Below, in pieces: positions 1 through 12,633 of a DNA stretch of 45,014 nt. This stretch comes from Nautiliaceae bacterium. GTDB taxonomy: Bacteria; Campylobacterota; Campylobacteria; Campylobacterales; Nautiliaceae. Under the pieces are notes generated by a model. That model was not told the origin of the DNA. It saw nothing but the letters and a program-made list of their open reading frames with translations, and searched no databases. Position 1 is the stretch's first letter; every line of letters begins with the position of its first letter. The stretch spans positions 1-45,014 of the forward strand of contig JBDONT010000010.1 of NCBI GenBank assembly GCA_039831155.1, given 5' to 3'. The translations under genes were made by a program, and so were the position numbers.

Positions 1-78
1 AACCCTTTAATCAAATCTAAAAGATATGAATTAAACCAAATGTTCGTTATGAAATTTGGACTTGGAGTTGACGAATGA
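1..78 (+). CDS. 3' end of a CDS entering from the left (NPLIKSKRYELNQMFVMKFGLGVDE*), product unknown
   Basis: Frame +1 is open from base 1 to TGA at 76-78. Confidence 0.45.
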   Translation, partial: NPLIKSKRYELNQMFVMKFGLGVDE

Positions 79-98
79 AAATTTTTTGCTATAATATC

Positions 99-317
99 TC
101 AGACACAAAATTTTGGGTATGTCTCTTCTGTTCCGTGAGCAGTTGTAAGTTTATCTACTTTTAAAAATCTCATAACAAGCTTGCCACCGCTATAAATATC
201 AACAACTCCATTAACTCCCGTTATATTTTGGATTGAGCGTCCAAATTTATTTTGTTGTTCTTGCGTACATCCTGTAAATAATAAAATTAATGTTACAAAA
301 ATAAAAAGTTTTTTCAT
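99..317 (-). CDS. Small lipoprotein, probably C-terminally truncated
   Basis: Lipobox LFTGC after a hydrophobic signal; AAAGGA RBS; ends abruptly at 72 aa. Confidence 0.6.
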   Translation of the reverse strand: MKKLFIFVTLILLFTGCTQEQQNKFGRSIQNITGVNGVVDIYSGGKLVMRFLKVDKLTTAHGTEETYPKFCV

Positions 318-380
318 TTTTTTCCTTTGTTTATGTTTAGTTTAACTTTAAATGGTTTAAGTATATCAAAAAGGAAAGAT

Positions 381-1052
381 ATGGTCTTATTGGAAGATGT
401 ACATAAGAGCTATAAAAGTGGAGAAGTTGAGGTAAAAGTATTGGAAGGGCTTAATCTTTATATTGAACCGGGAGAGTTTGTGGCTTTGATAGGTCCAAGC
501 GGTAGCGGTAAAACCACAATACTTAATATAATAGGGGCACTTGATAGGGCTGATAGCGGTAAAGTTGAGGTTGCTGGTGTTGACATTACCGATAAAACCG
601 AACAGGAACTGACAAAATTCAGAGCGGACCATTTAGGGTACGTTTTTCAGGATTTTAACTTGATAGAAGTGTTCAGTGTGTTTGAAAATGTTAATTTTCC
701 TCTTAAAGTCATTCATAAGAAAAGAGACGACGAAAAAGTGAAAAACCTCCTAAAAGATATAGGAATGAGCGACCAGATAAACAAATTCCCCGACCAGCTA
801 TCCGGCGGACAGAAACAAAGGGTTGCGGTGGCAAGGGCACTTGTAACCGACCCGCTTATAGTTTTAGCCGACGAGCCTACTGCAAACCTTGACAGTGTGA
901 CAAGTCATAAAGTGATTGAGCTTATGCGTAAAATGCAGCGTGAATTCAATACGACTTTTATATTTTCCACACACGATACGCATCTGATTGATGAGGTTGA
1001 CAGGGTGCTTTACTTGCAGGACGGAAAAATTATAAAAGACGAAAGGAAGTAA
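381..1052 (+). CDS. ABC transporter ATP-binding protein, LolD/MacB-like
   Basis: [36 protein letters not shown] at 381 follows AAGGA. Confidence 0.93.
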   Translation: MVLLEDVHKSYKSGEVEVKVLEGLNLYIEPGEFVALIGPSGSGKTTILNIIGALDRADSGKVEVAGVDITDKTEQELTKFRADHLGYVFQDFNLIEVFSVFENVNFPLKVIHKKRDDEKVKNLLKDIGMSDQINKFPDQLSGGQKQRVAVARALVTDPLIVLADEPTANLDSVTSHKVIELMRKMQREFNTTFIFSTHDTHLIDEVDRVLYLQDGKIIKDERK

Positions 1053-1053
1053 A

Positions 1054-2262
1054 ATGGAAAGTTTTAAAATTGCGTTTCGTAACCTCATCAGGATGGGAAG
1101 AAGAACGTTTCTTACCGGGTCGCTTATAGCGATAGGCGTCGTATTTGTAGTGCTATACATTACATACGCAGAGAGTTTTAAAAATTCAATGATAGCACAG
1201 ATTACTGACAGCGTAATGGGCGAACTTCAAATTCACAAAAAGGGATACGTATCAAGCCTCGATGCATTACCTCTTGATAAAAACATGGGACCGAAAGTCG
1301 TTAAAAAAATAGAAAAGAAGCTAAATTCGATGCCCGAAGTGTATTCATACAGCGAAAGGTTGAAATTCGGAGGAATGATAAGCAACTATACCGATTCCAC
1401 GAATATAAGGCTTAACGGAATAGACCCTGAAATGGAAGCGAAAACTCTGCCTCTTCTTAAAGAGCGTTTAACCGGACATCTTCCTAGAGTTGGTGAAATC
1501 GTAATTCCCGAACTTATTTCAAAAGGGCTTCATCTTAAAATCGGAGACGTCGTGGTGCTTGTGGCTACGAACAAAAACGGAAGTATGAACGCAAAAACGC
1601 TGAAAATCAGTGGAATTGTAGGTATTGTTTCAGGTCCCGGAGGAAGAGACGGGTATATTAACCTAAAAGATGCCAGAAAACTTTTAAGAATTAAAAAGGC
1701 TGAAGTTAACGAAATAGTTATAAAACTTAAAAACCCGGATATGCTTCAAAAAGCAAACAAAGAACTTGTTAAATTTGTAAAAAGCGTGCAAAAACCTAAA
1801 CTTGAAGTGCATACGTGGGTAAAACTTTCGCCTTTTTCAAATATTGTTAAAATGCTTGATTTAATGACGTTCAGTATTGAAATTATTCTTATATCAATTG
1901 TGCTCGTATCTATTCTAAATGTAATGATTATGAGCGTATATGAGAGAATTAAACAGATAGGGACTATGAAAGCGATGGGTACTCCTAAAAGTTTTATAGT
2001 GTCTATGTTTGTAAACGAAGGTATGCTTTTAGGAGTTTTCGGATTTATTATAGGAGTTGTTTTAAGTGTTGTTTTAGTTTTTGTAATCGGAGATATTCAT
2101 TACAGCTTCGGAAGACAAAGCAATTTGGTGTTGGTCCCGGTAATCGACTGGGGGAGTGTCGTGAGTGTCGGAATTATGGTTATGATTATTTCAATACTCG
2201 CAAGTCTTTATCCTGCCGTTAAGGCGGCGAGTCTTAAACCTATTGACGCTTTAAGAAGTTAA
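1054..2262 (+). CDS. FtsX/LolE-like ABC permease with large periplasmic domain
   Basis: N-terminal TM; SVYERIKQIGTMKAMG; C-terminal YPAVKAASLKPIDALR. Confidence 0.92.
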   Translation: MESFKIAFRNLIRMGRRTFLTGSLIAIGVVFVVLYITYAESFKNSMIAQITDSVMGELQIHKKGYVSSLDALPLDKNMGPKVVKKIEKKLNSMPEVYSYSERLKFGGMISNYTDSTNIRLNGIDPEMEAKTLPLLKERLTGHLPRVGEIVIPELISKGLHLKIGDVVVLVATNKNGSMNAKTLKISGIVGIVSGPGGRDGYINLKDARKLLRIKKAEVNEIVIKLKNPDMLQKANKELVKFVKSVQKPKLEVHTWVKLSPFSNIVKMLDLMTFSIEIILISIVLVSILNVMIMSVYERIKQIGTMKAMGTPKSFIVSMFVNEGMLLGVFGFIIGVVLSVVLVFVIGDIHYSFGRQSNLVLVPVIDWGSVVSVGIMVMIISILASLYPAVKAASLKPIDALRS

Positions 2263-2291
2263 AAATGAAAATTAAAAATTAAGGATGGAAG

Positions 2292-2990
2292 ATGAAAAAA
2301 CTATTGTTAGCGGTATTAATTCCCGTGTTTTTATTGGCGGGAAACATACTTGAAGAAATTGACAAAAACTTAAATCCTACGAGTTTTGAGGCGTATAAAA
2401 AACTTATAAACATCGAACCCGACGGCAGCAAGAAAGAGTTTTTAATGTGGATGATTAAGAAAAACAAGGACAAAATCGCAACTCTCTTTTTAAAACCTGC
2501 AACCGACAACGGAAGGGTGATGTTAAGGCTGGGGGATAATATGTGGCTTTATATTCCGGGAATTGCGAAACCTTTAAGAATAGCCTCCGCTCAAAGCGTA
2601 ACGGGGGGAGTGTTTAACAACAGCGATATAATGAGGGTTGATTATGCCGTTGAATATAAAGTGAAAAAACAAGAAGGGGATTTGCTTTATCTTAAAGCCA
2701 GAAACGAAGACGTGGCGTATGAAAAAATTATTATGAAAATAGATTTAAAAAGAAAACTTCCTCTTAAACTTGACTGTTACGCCGGAGGGATTTTAATTAA
2801 AACGATTGAATACGGGAAAATCACCGATTTCGGAAACGGAATAGTAAGACCGGCTGTAATGATGACGACATCGCCGCTTCAAAAGGGATATAAAAGTATT
2901 ATGGTTTGGGCGAAAATTAAACCGAGAAAGCTTAAAGACGAATATTTTACGCTTGAATTTATGCCGCATCTTAATGAAATAAGAAAATAA
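2292..2990 (+). CDS. Outer-membrane lipoprotein-sorting (LolA-like) periplasmic protein
   Basis: Signal peptide; F..PA.DNGRVML...DNMWLYIP, F.NSDI pattern; follows ABC genes. Confidence 0.8.
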   Translation: MKKLLLAVLIPVFLLAGNILEEIDKNLNPTSFEAYKKLINIEPDGSKKEFLMWMIKKNKDKIATLFLKPATDNGRVMLRLGDNMWLYIPGIAKPLRIASAQSVTGGVFNNSDIMRVDYAVEYKVKKQEGDLLYLKARNEDVAYEKIIMKIDLKRKLPLKLDCYAGGILIKTIEYGKITDFGNGIVRPAVMMTTSPLQKGYKSIMVWAKIKPRKLKDEYFTLEFMPHLNEIRK

Positions 2991-3001
2991 ACGGAAAGGA
3001 A

Positions 3002-4033
3002 ATGAGCGTGCAAAAAACAATTGTTTCGTTTTTTTTAATCAGCTTCATTTTTATGTCTCCTTCAAATGCGGGGGAGTTGGATAACATTGACATATCACTT
3101 GATTTGGGTGACGTTGACAAACCTTACAGTTACAAGGGGTATTTCAAGCTGGAATTTTATTACATTGACGATAAGGAAAAATATACGATAATTAAAGGCG
3201 AGCTGAATTTTGAGGGTGATTACAAAAAGGATAAGTGGTATTTTAAAGGAAACTGGAGCGGATATTACACGCACGACAAATACGACACTTCAAAATACGG
3301 CATAGTTAATGAACTGTATGTAAAATACGGAGACGTAAACAAAAATATAACTGTCGGTAAAGAACTTTTAAAATGGGGAAAAGGGTATGCGTATTCAGCG
3401 GTTAGTTTCTTTACTCGTGCGAAAAACCCTCTATATCCCGAAGATTTGAAACAGGGGTATGAATTAGTGCATTTTAAAACGATAGATACGCTGAATTTGA
3501 CGATAAAAAACTATTCGCTGGATTTCATATATATGCCTTCAAACAATTCAATAAACTCAGACTTGCAAAAATCCCAAAACTGGGGAGCTAAACTCTATAT
3601 GCTTTACGAAAACACCGATATAGATTTTATGTTTGAAAAAAGCAACTTCTATCCCGACAAATACGGGGCGGATTTTTCGTTTAACATTTTAACCGAACTT
3701 GAAGTGCACGGGGAGTATGCGTTTGACGAAGATGGAAAAAATTCTTATCTTTTGGGGTGTAAATACGCAAGCAAGTATGATTTTACCCTCACGGGCGAAT
3801 GGTACAAAGACTGGAATGAAAATAAATTTATTTACGCCAAAATATCTCAAAAAGATTTTTATATCGATTATCTGACGGCTTATGTTACGGGTATTAGAAA
3901 TTATACGCAAAATGTAAATTCACTGCTTTTAGGACTCAGTTACGATTTCAAAAACAATTTCGTGCTTACTTCCGAATATCTGACATCTACAAAACAAAAT
4001 CAGGCAAAACTCTCACTTATTTATTACTTCTGA
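3002..4033 (+). CDS. Probable outer-membrane beta-barrel protein
   Basis: Signal peptide, aromatic alternating strands, NELYV...VGKELLKWG, C-terminal YYF. Confidence 0.65.
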   Translation: MSVQKTIVSFFLISFIFMSPSNAGELDNIDISLDLGDVDKPYSYKGYFKLEFYYIDDKEKYTIIKGELNFEGDYKKDKWYFKGNWSGYYTHDKYDTSKYGIVNELYVKYGDVNKNITVGKELLKWGKGYAYSAVSFFTRAKNPLYPEDLKQGYELVHFKTIDTLNLTIKNYSLDFIYMPSNNSINSDLQKSQNWGAKLYMLYENTDIDFMFEKSNFYPDKYGADFSFNILTELEVHGEYAFDEDGKNSYLLGCKYASKYDFTLTGEWYKDWNENKFIYAKISQKDFYIDYLTAYVTGIRNYTQNVNSLLLGLSYDFKNNFVLTSEYLTSTKQNQAKLSLIYYF

Positions 4034-6037
<2,004 letters not shown>

Positions 6038-6086
6038 TTTTTAAATGTTATAAAATTTTGTTATAATAAATAAAAAAAGGCTTTAA

Positions 6087-6294
6087 ATACAAGCTGTATT
6101 TGATATGCGAGTAGAAGAGTTTGATGATAAGTTTTTTGAAATGTTAAAAACTAAATTTAAAAACGCTAAAATCAAAATTATTATTAAAGAAGATGAAACC
6201 GAGTATCTATTAAAAAATAAAGCGAATAGAGAATTTTTAATGAAATCTATAGCTGGACTTAAAAAAATGAAATTGTGAAGTTAAAAGATATTTG
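6087..6294 (+). pseudogene. Degraded YefM-like antitoxin
   Basis: DETEYLLKNKANREFLMKSI resembles the YefM C-terminus. ATA at 6087 sits where the start is expected after AAAGG (in-frame ATG at 6105). TGA at 6276 follows an A7 run; one more A would extend the frame to TGA adjoining the toxin start. Confidence 0.65.
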
Positions 6295-6546
6295 ATGATA
6301 GTTTTTACCAAATCGTGTTTTGAAGATTATTTTTAGTGGGAACAGAATGATAAAGGAATCTTTAAAAAGATAAACGCTTTGATTAAAGAATGTCTTAGAA
6401 ATCCTTTTTCGGGACGTGGGAAACCCGAACCTTTAAAAAACGAGCTTTCAGGATTTTGGTCAAGGCGTATAGATAGTGAACATAGATTGGTTTATAAATA
6501 CGAAAATGAAAAATTATATATAATTTCTGTGAGATACTATGTATAA
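6295..6546 (+). pseudogene. yoeB: Txe/YoeB toxin with premature stop
   Basis: MIVFTKSCFEDYF*WEQND...GRGKPEPLKNELSGFWSRRIDSEHRLVY; in-frame TAG at 6334-6336. Confidence 0.9.
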
Positions 6547-6558
6547 AAAAGGATAAAA

Positions 6559-6852
6559 ATGCCGACTAAAACGGTTGTGGAAAATGATGTAGAGATAATA
6601 ATGCCTAAACTTTATAAAGTGATGCTTTTGAATGATGATTATACGACGTTTGATTTCGTAATAGAGATTTTAAAAAAAGTTTTTCATAAAAGCGAGGAGG
6701 AGGCTATTAATCTCACTTTAAAAGTGGATAGAGAAGGGAGTGCGATTGTCGGGGTTTACCCTTACGAAATAGCTCAAATGAAAGTGGAAAGAACCCACGC
6801 ACTTGCACGTGAAGCCGGATATCCATTAAGAGCAGTATTAGAGGAGGAATAA
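6559..6852 (+). CDS. clpS: Clp protease adaptor ClpS
   Basis: YKVMLLNDDYTTFDFV, GYPL; precedes clpA. Confidence 0.96.
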   Translation: MPTKTVVENDVEIIMPKLYKVMLLNDDYTTFDFVIEILKKVFHKSEEEAINLTLKVDREGSAIVGVYPYEIAQMKVERTHALAREAGYPLRAVLEEE

Positions 6853-9015
6853 GTGGAGATAACTAGGAATTTAAGGAATATTTTAAACGAAATTGTAAAT
6901 GAAGCGAAAAGAAGACAAAACGAATATATTACCGTCGACCACGCTTTTTATGTGTTGTTAAAAGATGAAAATATTAAAAAAATTTTAGAAGATGTCGGGG
7001 TTGATGTGGATTATATAAGAATGGGGCTTGATTATTATCTTGACAGATATATAGAAAAAGTGCCCGTTAAAGTAACTCCGACAGAAACTCTTGCTTTTCA
7101 TAAAGCAACGGAGAGAATGATAAACCATATTCAAGGAATTCGTAAAAACGTAGCAGATGAGATAGACTTTTTTATAGCTCTTTTAGAAGATGAGACGAGT
7201 TATACTCATCAGCTTTTAAGAGAGTTTGGAATTCACAGGGTAGAAATAGTTGAGTATATTACGGAAAGTGAAGTTGAAACGAAAGAGAATAAAAAAGAGT
7301 CTCCTTTAAAAGAATTTACAACCGAGCTTACCTCTATTGCAAAAAAATTTGACGACGTAATAGGCAGGGAAAAAGAGATAGAAAGAGTTATGCATGTTCT
7401 TGCAAGACGTAAAAAAAACAATCCTATCTTAGTAGGAGAACCGGGAGTTGGGAAAACGGCTATTGTTGAAGGACTTGCGAAAAAAATAGCTTTAAATGAA
7501 GTTCCAAAAGCCTTAAAAAACAAAAAAATATACTCTTTGGATTTGGGAGCTTTAATAGCCGGTACAAAATACAGAGGCGAATTTGAAAAAAGAATGAAAC
7601 TTATTTTGGATGAACTTAAAAAAGAAAAAGAGCCTATTTTGTTTATTGATGAAATTCATATGATTGTAGGAGCCGGGGTTGCCGGGAATGGGAGTATGGA
7701 TGTGGCGAATCTGCTAAAACCAGCACTTGCCAGGGGTGAGATTAGATGTATAGGTGCTACGACTTATGAAGAGTATAAAAACCATTTTGAAAAAGATAGA
7801 GCCTTAAACAGAAGATTTCAAAAAATAGATATAAAAGAACCAAGCATTGAAGATACTGTTAAGATTTTAAAAGGATTAAAATCTAAATACGAAGAGTTTC
7901 ACGGTGTGAGATATTCCGAAGAGGCTATTAAAAATGCGGCTGTTTTGGCTAAAAAGTATCTTAGAGAGAAATTTTTACCCGATAGTGCGATTGATTTGAT
8001 AGATGAAGCCGGAGCTAAATTTAAACTAAAAGGTAAAAAGCTGATAACAAAAAGCGATATAGAAGGAGTTGTTGCAAAACTTGCGAATATTCCTAAAGAA
8101 AGCACTTCGAATAACGAAATAGAAAAATTAAGACATCTTGAAAATAATTTAAAAGCTAGGGTTTTTGGACAGGATGAAGCTATAAAAGAGCTTGTAAAAG
8201 TGATAAAAAGAAAAAAAGCAGGACTAACTCGTGAAGATAAGCCTATAGGAAGTTTTCTTTTTGTAGGACCTACGGGTGTGGGTAAAACTGAAATTGCAAA
8301 ACAGCTTGCAGATATATTGGGGATTAACTTTTTAAGATTCGATATGAGCGAATATCAGGAAAAACATTCTGTCGCAAAACTTATAGGCTCGCCTCCCGGG
8401 TATATAGGATATGAAAAAGGAGGGCTTTTAACGGAAGCCATAAGAAAAAATCCTCATACCGTGCTTTTACTTGATGAAATAGAAAAAGCACATCCGGATA
8501 TCGTTCAAATTTTACTTCAGGTTATGGATAATGCGACGTTGACCGATAATGACGGAAGAATAGCTGATTTTAGAAATGTAGTATTGATTATGACAAGTAA
8601 TTTAGGAGTAGGAGAAGGTAATAATCCGGGATTTTTGCAAGAATTTAGCGAATTTAAAGAAGAGGCGATTGATAGGTTTTTCGCACCGGAATTTTTAAAT
8701 AGGCTTGATGCGATTGTGAGGTTTAAACCTTTAAGTCGCGAGAGTGTAATGCTTGTAGTTGATAAGTTTATAAACGAATTGCAGGATAAGTTGAATTCAA
8801 AAAAAGTTAAATTAACGCTAACTAAAAGAGCGAAAGAGGCTTTGGCTAAAAAAGGGTATTCTCCAAAACTAGGAGCCCGTCCACTTGCTAGAGTGATCGA
8901 AGAGAATATTGTTGAGCCTTTGAGTGATGAAATACTTTTTGGGGATTTGAAAGGGGGAGGAGAAGTGAGAGTCGATTATGTAAAAGATAAATTCAATCTA
9001 AAAGTAAAAAAATGA
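6853..9015 (+). CDS. clpA: ATP-dependent Clp protease ATPase ClpA
   Basis: Two AAA modules (GEPGVGKT, GPTGVGKT), no middle domain, GF loop; GTG start. Confidence 0.95.
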   Translation: MEITRNLRNILNEIVNEAKRRQNEYITVDHAFYVLLKDENIKKILEDVGVDVDYIRMGLDYYLDRYIEKVPVKVTPTETLAFHKATERMINHIQGIRKNVADEIDFFIALLEDETSYTHQLLREFGIHRVEIVEYITESEVETKENKKESPLKEFTTELTSIAKKFDDVIGREKEIERVMHVLARRKKNNPILVGEPGVGKTAIVEGLAKKIALNEVPKALKNKKIYSLDLGALIAGTKYRGEFEKRMKLILDELKKEKEPILFIDEIHMIVGAGVAGNGSMDVANLLKPALARGEIRCIGATTYEEYKNHFEKDRALNRRFQKIDIKEPSIEDTVKILKGLKSKYEEFHGVRYSEEAIKNAAVLAKKYLREKFLPDSAIDLIDEAGAKFKLKGKKLITKSDIEGVVAKLANIPKESTSNNEIEKLRHLENNLKARVFGQDEAIKELVKVIKRKKAGLTREDKPIGSFLFVGPTGVGKTEIAKQLADILGINFLRFDMSEYQEKHSVAKLIGSPPGYIGYEKGGLLTEAIRKNPHTVLLLDEIEKAHPDIVQILLQVMDNATLTDNDGRIADFRNVVLIMTSNLGVGEGNNPGFLQEFSEFKEEAIDRFFAPEFLNRLDAIVRFKPLSRESVMLVVDKFINELQDKLNSKKVKLTLTKRAKEALAKKGYSPKLGARPLARVIEENIVEPLSDEILFGDLKGGGEVRVDYVKDKFNLKVKK

Positions 9016-9719
9016 TAAAAGTAAACGAAAATCCACCTTTGTATCTTTTGGACGATTTTACTTTTCCAAACCCTTTTGAGAGATTTGAAGACGGATTTGT
9101 AGGGGCTAGTTACGATTTGCATCCTAAAAGGCTTCTTGCCGGATATTCGCAGGGTTTTTTCCCCTGGTATCAGGATGACGAGGGGCTTTTTCACTGGTTT
9201 GTATTGGATGAGAGAATGCTTTTAAAAACGGATGAGGTTAAAAAAACGAAAAAACTTCTTCAAAAACTAAGAAGTCCTAAGTGGGACTTTAGAATAAATA
9301 CAAGATTTAAAGACGTAATAAGACATTGTGCCAATGTTAAAAGAAAACACGAAGACGGAACATGGATTAACGACGCTTTTATAGACGCTTATACGAAACT
9401 TTATGAGCTTGGGTTTGTAATTTCGGTTGAGAGTTATTATGAAGGGGAGTTGGTAGGTGGATTTTATGGGGTTGCGATAAATAAATATTTCAGTGGTGAG
9501 AGTATGTTTCATTTAAAGTCCGATGCCAGTAAACTTGCACTTATTTATTTTTGTGATGTTTTAAAACAGCACGGAGTTGAGTTTATAGACTGTCAGGTAC
9601 CTAGTGAGCATTTGGGTTCTATGGGTGGGAAAGTGTATAAAAAAGAGGAGTTTATTCCGATGATTTGGAAAGCAAGTGGATTTAACGAAAACGGAGATAT
9701 GAGGGATTTGGGTGAATAG
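9012..9719 (+). CDS. aat: Leucyl/phenylalanyl-tRNA--protein transferase
   Basis: GFFPWY, GTWI, LVGGFYG, FSGESMF, SKLAL, IDCQ. Confidence 0.96.
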   Translation: MIKVNENPPLYLLDDFTFPNPFERFEDGFVGASYDLHPKRLLAGYSQGFFPWYQDDEGLFHWFVLDERMLLKTDEVKKTKKLLQKLRSPKWDFRINTRFKDVIRHCANVKRKHEDGTWINDAFIDAYTKLYELGFVISVESYYEGELVGGFYGVAINKYFSGESMFHLKSDASKLALIYFCDVLKQHGVEFIDCQVPSEHLGSMGGKVYKKEEFIPMIWKASGFNENGDMRDLGE

Positions 9720-11589
9720 ACTAAAAAACAGCGATTCTCCTTATCTTTTGGCTAACGCTACAAATCCGGTTGCTTGGTATCCTTGGTGTGAAGAAGCGTT
9801 TGAGAAGGCAAAAAAGGAAAATAAACTTATATTTCTTTCGATAGGATATTCAACTTGCCACTGGTGTCACGTAATGGAAAAAGAGAGTTTTAAAAATAAA
9901 GAGATAGCCGAAATTTTAAATAGATATTTCGTAAGCATCAAAGTAGATAAAGAAGAGTATCCGGATATAGATAAAAAGTATCAAAAAATTTATCATATAA
10001 TGCATAATCGTCCGGGAGGGTGGCCTCTTACTGTGATAATGACTCCTCAAGGGGATGTTTTTTACTCTGCAATCTATATTCCTCCCCATTTTTCGCAGTT
10101 TGGTTCCGGGTTAAAAGAGATTCTTTTGGATATTGTAAACGATTGGCAGATAGAACCTTCTAAAATATTAAAAATAGCTCAAAATCTGAAACGTTATTTG
10201 GTTTCAAAGCCTTCAAAAAAAGTTGAAATTTCAAAAGATGTAGAAAATGATATAAAAAGTTTCGTAAAAAATTTGGATTTTAAATACGGAGGGATAAAGG
10301 GAACTCCTAAGTTCCCTATGGAGAGTATGCTTAATTTATTAATTGATGTTTATCAGTTGAGTGAAGATGAAGAGATTTTGGAGTTTTTAAACGTGACTTT
10401 TTTAAATATGGCAAAAGGTGGGATTTTTGACCAGGTAGAGGGAGGGTTTTTTAGGTATTCGACCGATTCAAAATGGGAAATTCCACACTTTGAAAAGATG
10501 CTTTATAATAACGCTAATTTACCTTTTGAATTTTTAAGAATGTATGAAGTTACTCAAAATTTGTTTTATAAGGATGTGGCTTTTAGAAGTTTGGATGAGA
10601 TGTTAAAAAAATATAGAGACAATAATTTTCTTTTTTTCAGTGCTAGTGATGCCGATATCGACTCAAAAGAGGGGGCTTATTTTGTTTATGATTATGAAGA
10701 GGCGATTGAGGCGTTTGAAGAGTTTGATAATAAAGACGAGCTTTTGGAGTTTTTCGGCGTTAAGAAGTACGGTAATTTTAACGGAAAAAATCATTTAACT
10801 ATAAAAAGCGATAAATTTCCTAAAAATTATAAAAAAGCTTTGGAAAAATTACAAGAGATTAGAGAAAAAAGAAATTTCCCTTTTATAGACACTAAAAAAA
10901 TAGTCTCTTGGAATTCTATGATAATTAGCACTCTTTTTAAAGCCGGATGTTTTAAAAAGGAGTATAAACAAGAAGCTCTAAAGAGTTTAAACACTTTACT
11001 TGAAATTATGTACGATGATACTTTGTATCACTCTTATAATAAAGATTTAAGCAAAAAAACTCCTTCTTTATTGGAAGATTACGCTTATTTGATAAGGGCT
11101 TTGATAGATGCTTACGAAACTACTTTTGAAAAGGATTATTTACAAAAGGCTAAGTTGTTTTTAAAAGAGGTTGAGAAGTTTTATAAAAAGAAGTGGTATA
11201 TGAATAAAACCTTTACGGTTGAAGCCGATTTTAGCGACAGTGCCTATGCGTCTTCTTTGAGTGTTTTGGCTGCTGATTATTTAAGAATAGGTACTATTTT
11301 ATATGATTTGGATTTATATTCAAAAGGAGAGGAGATAGTTAAAGAAGGAAGCTTTTATATTCAAAATTACGCTCCTTATTATCCGAGTCTCACTAAGGCT
11401 TATTTAATGCAAAAATACGGGGTTTTTGTAGTGAATATGCCAAAAATTGAGTGTTTGGGGTTTTATCCTTATTTGGAGAGAAAAGAGTCTGATGAGTATG
11501 AATTATGTTCCGTTAGAGGATGTTTTTGTAGGGGGAGTTTGAAAGATGTAAAAAAAACTATAAAAACCATAAAAGAACTAAACTTATAA
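9712..11589 (+). CDS. Thioredoxin-domain protein, YyaL/DUF255 (SSP411) family
   Basis: [42 protein letters not shown]. Confidence 0.93.
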   Translation: MNRLKNSDSPYLLANATNPVAWYPWCEEAFEKAKKENKLIFLSIGYSTCHWCHVMEKESFKNKEIAEILNRYFVSIKVDKEEYPDIDKKYQKIYHIMHNRPGGWPLTVIMTPQGDVFYSAIYIPPHFSQFGSGLKEILLDIVNDWQIEPSKILKIAQNLKRYLVSKPSKKVEISKDVENDIKSFVKNLDFKYGGIKGTPKFPMESMLNLLIDVYQLSEDEEILEFLNVTFLNMAKGGIFDQVEGGFFRYSTDSKWEIPHFEKMLYNNANLPFEFLRMYEVTQNLFYKDVAFRSLDEMLKKYRDNNFLFFSASDADIDSKEGAYFVYDYEEAIEAFEEFDNKDELLEFFGVKKYGNFNGKNHLTIKSDKFPKNYKKALEKLQEIREKRNFPFIDTKKIVSWNSMIISTLFKAGCFKKEYKQEALKSLNTLLEIMYDDTLYHSYNKDLSKKTPSLLEDYAYLIRALIDAYETTFEKDYLQKAKLFLKEVEKFYKKKWYMNKTFTVEADFSDSAYASSLSVLAADYLRIGTILYDLDLYSKGEEIVKEGSFYIQNYAPYYPSLTKAYLMQKYGVFVVNMPKIECLGFYPYLERKESDEYELCSVRGCFCRGSLKDVKKTIKTIKELNL

Positions 11590-12633
11590 CATACGAAAAA
11601 AGAAAATAGGAGATTGAATATTTGTGAAATTCTAAAACGGAGTTTTTTGCGAATCTTATGGCTATGATATTTGCTAAAGAAGCTATAAAAAAGTCGTTTG
11701 CGGCTATATTTACCCCGTAGGCTACAGGTAGATAATCGTGTGTAAATTTGGTTATAAAAATTGCAGCCGGGACGTTGGAGAAGAGTTAAGATAAAAAGAC
11801 GCTTAAATTAAAGATGTTTAAATAGTTATAAGAAAAGCCTTTCATGAAATTTTGGAATGTTTCTAAACGGCTTAACAAATTAAAATCTATAAACATTAAA
11901 GCAAAAGTTAAAATTAAAAAATAATCAAACTCCTTAAAAACCCTTTGGCAGATAAAAAAATAAACACTTATAGTGTATCTTAAAATCGAAAATTCAAGAG
12001 AAACTATAAAAATAAAAAACATAACCAAAGAGATAAAGAAGAGTTTTTTATCGAAATTTTCTTTTTTTACGGGGTTTAAAAAAATCTGCTTTTTAGGAAA
12101 CAAAGCATAACTATACGTCACTAATAATAGAAAAAAAGGTAAAAAAACAATTCCCATTCCCATTTTTGAAATAAAATCAATTACGCTTATATCTATTTGT
12201 CTAAAAAGATAGATGTTTTGAGGATTTCCACAGAGTGTAAGCATACTTCCTACATTTACTGCCATAGCTTCAAAAACTATAAGTTTTGTTAAGTTGTTTT
12301 TTTATTTGGGATGATATGCTTAAGGTAAGTGGTACTATTATAAAAAGAGTTATGTCGTTTGTTAAAAACATTGACAAAAATGTACTTATAATAACTAAAA
12401 TAAGTGCTAGATTCCTTTCATCGGATAATTTTTTTGCTATTTGAGTTGAAAAATATTCAAACATTCCGGATATTTTAATGGCAGTGGTTATGAAAAGTAA
12501 AGCTGTAAGTGCTCTTATGGTTTTAAAGTCTATCGCAAAATAGAGGTCTTTAAAAGAGGGCTTTAGTTTAAAGCTTAAAATAAAAAAAGAGATAAAAAGC
12601 TAAAAAAAGCCACTCTTTTTTTAGAAGTTTCAT
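11558..12633 (-). pseudogene. YbiR-like (ArsB/NhaD/CitMHS superfamily) anion permease, disrupted
   Basis: Fragments FLTNDITLFIIVPLT, NVGSMLT..GNPQN, SNVPAAI, SLANIIAIRF lie in different frames. Frameshifts near 12590 and 12300, TAA at 11786. ATG overlaps the luxS stop. Confidence 0.85.

Noticed and set aside
6334-6336. In-frame TAG in yoeB as possible recoding (pyrrolysine)
   Set aside because: No pyl genes seen, the position is normally an aromatic residue, and other lesions indicate decay
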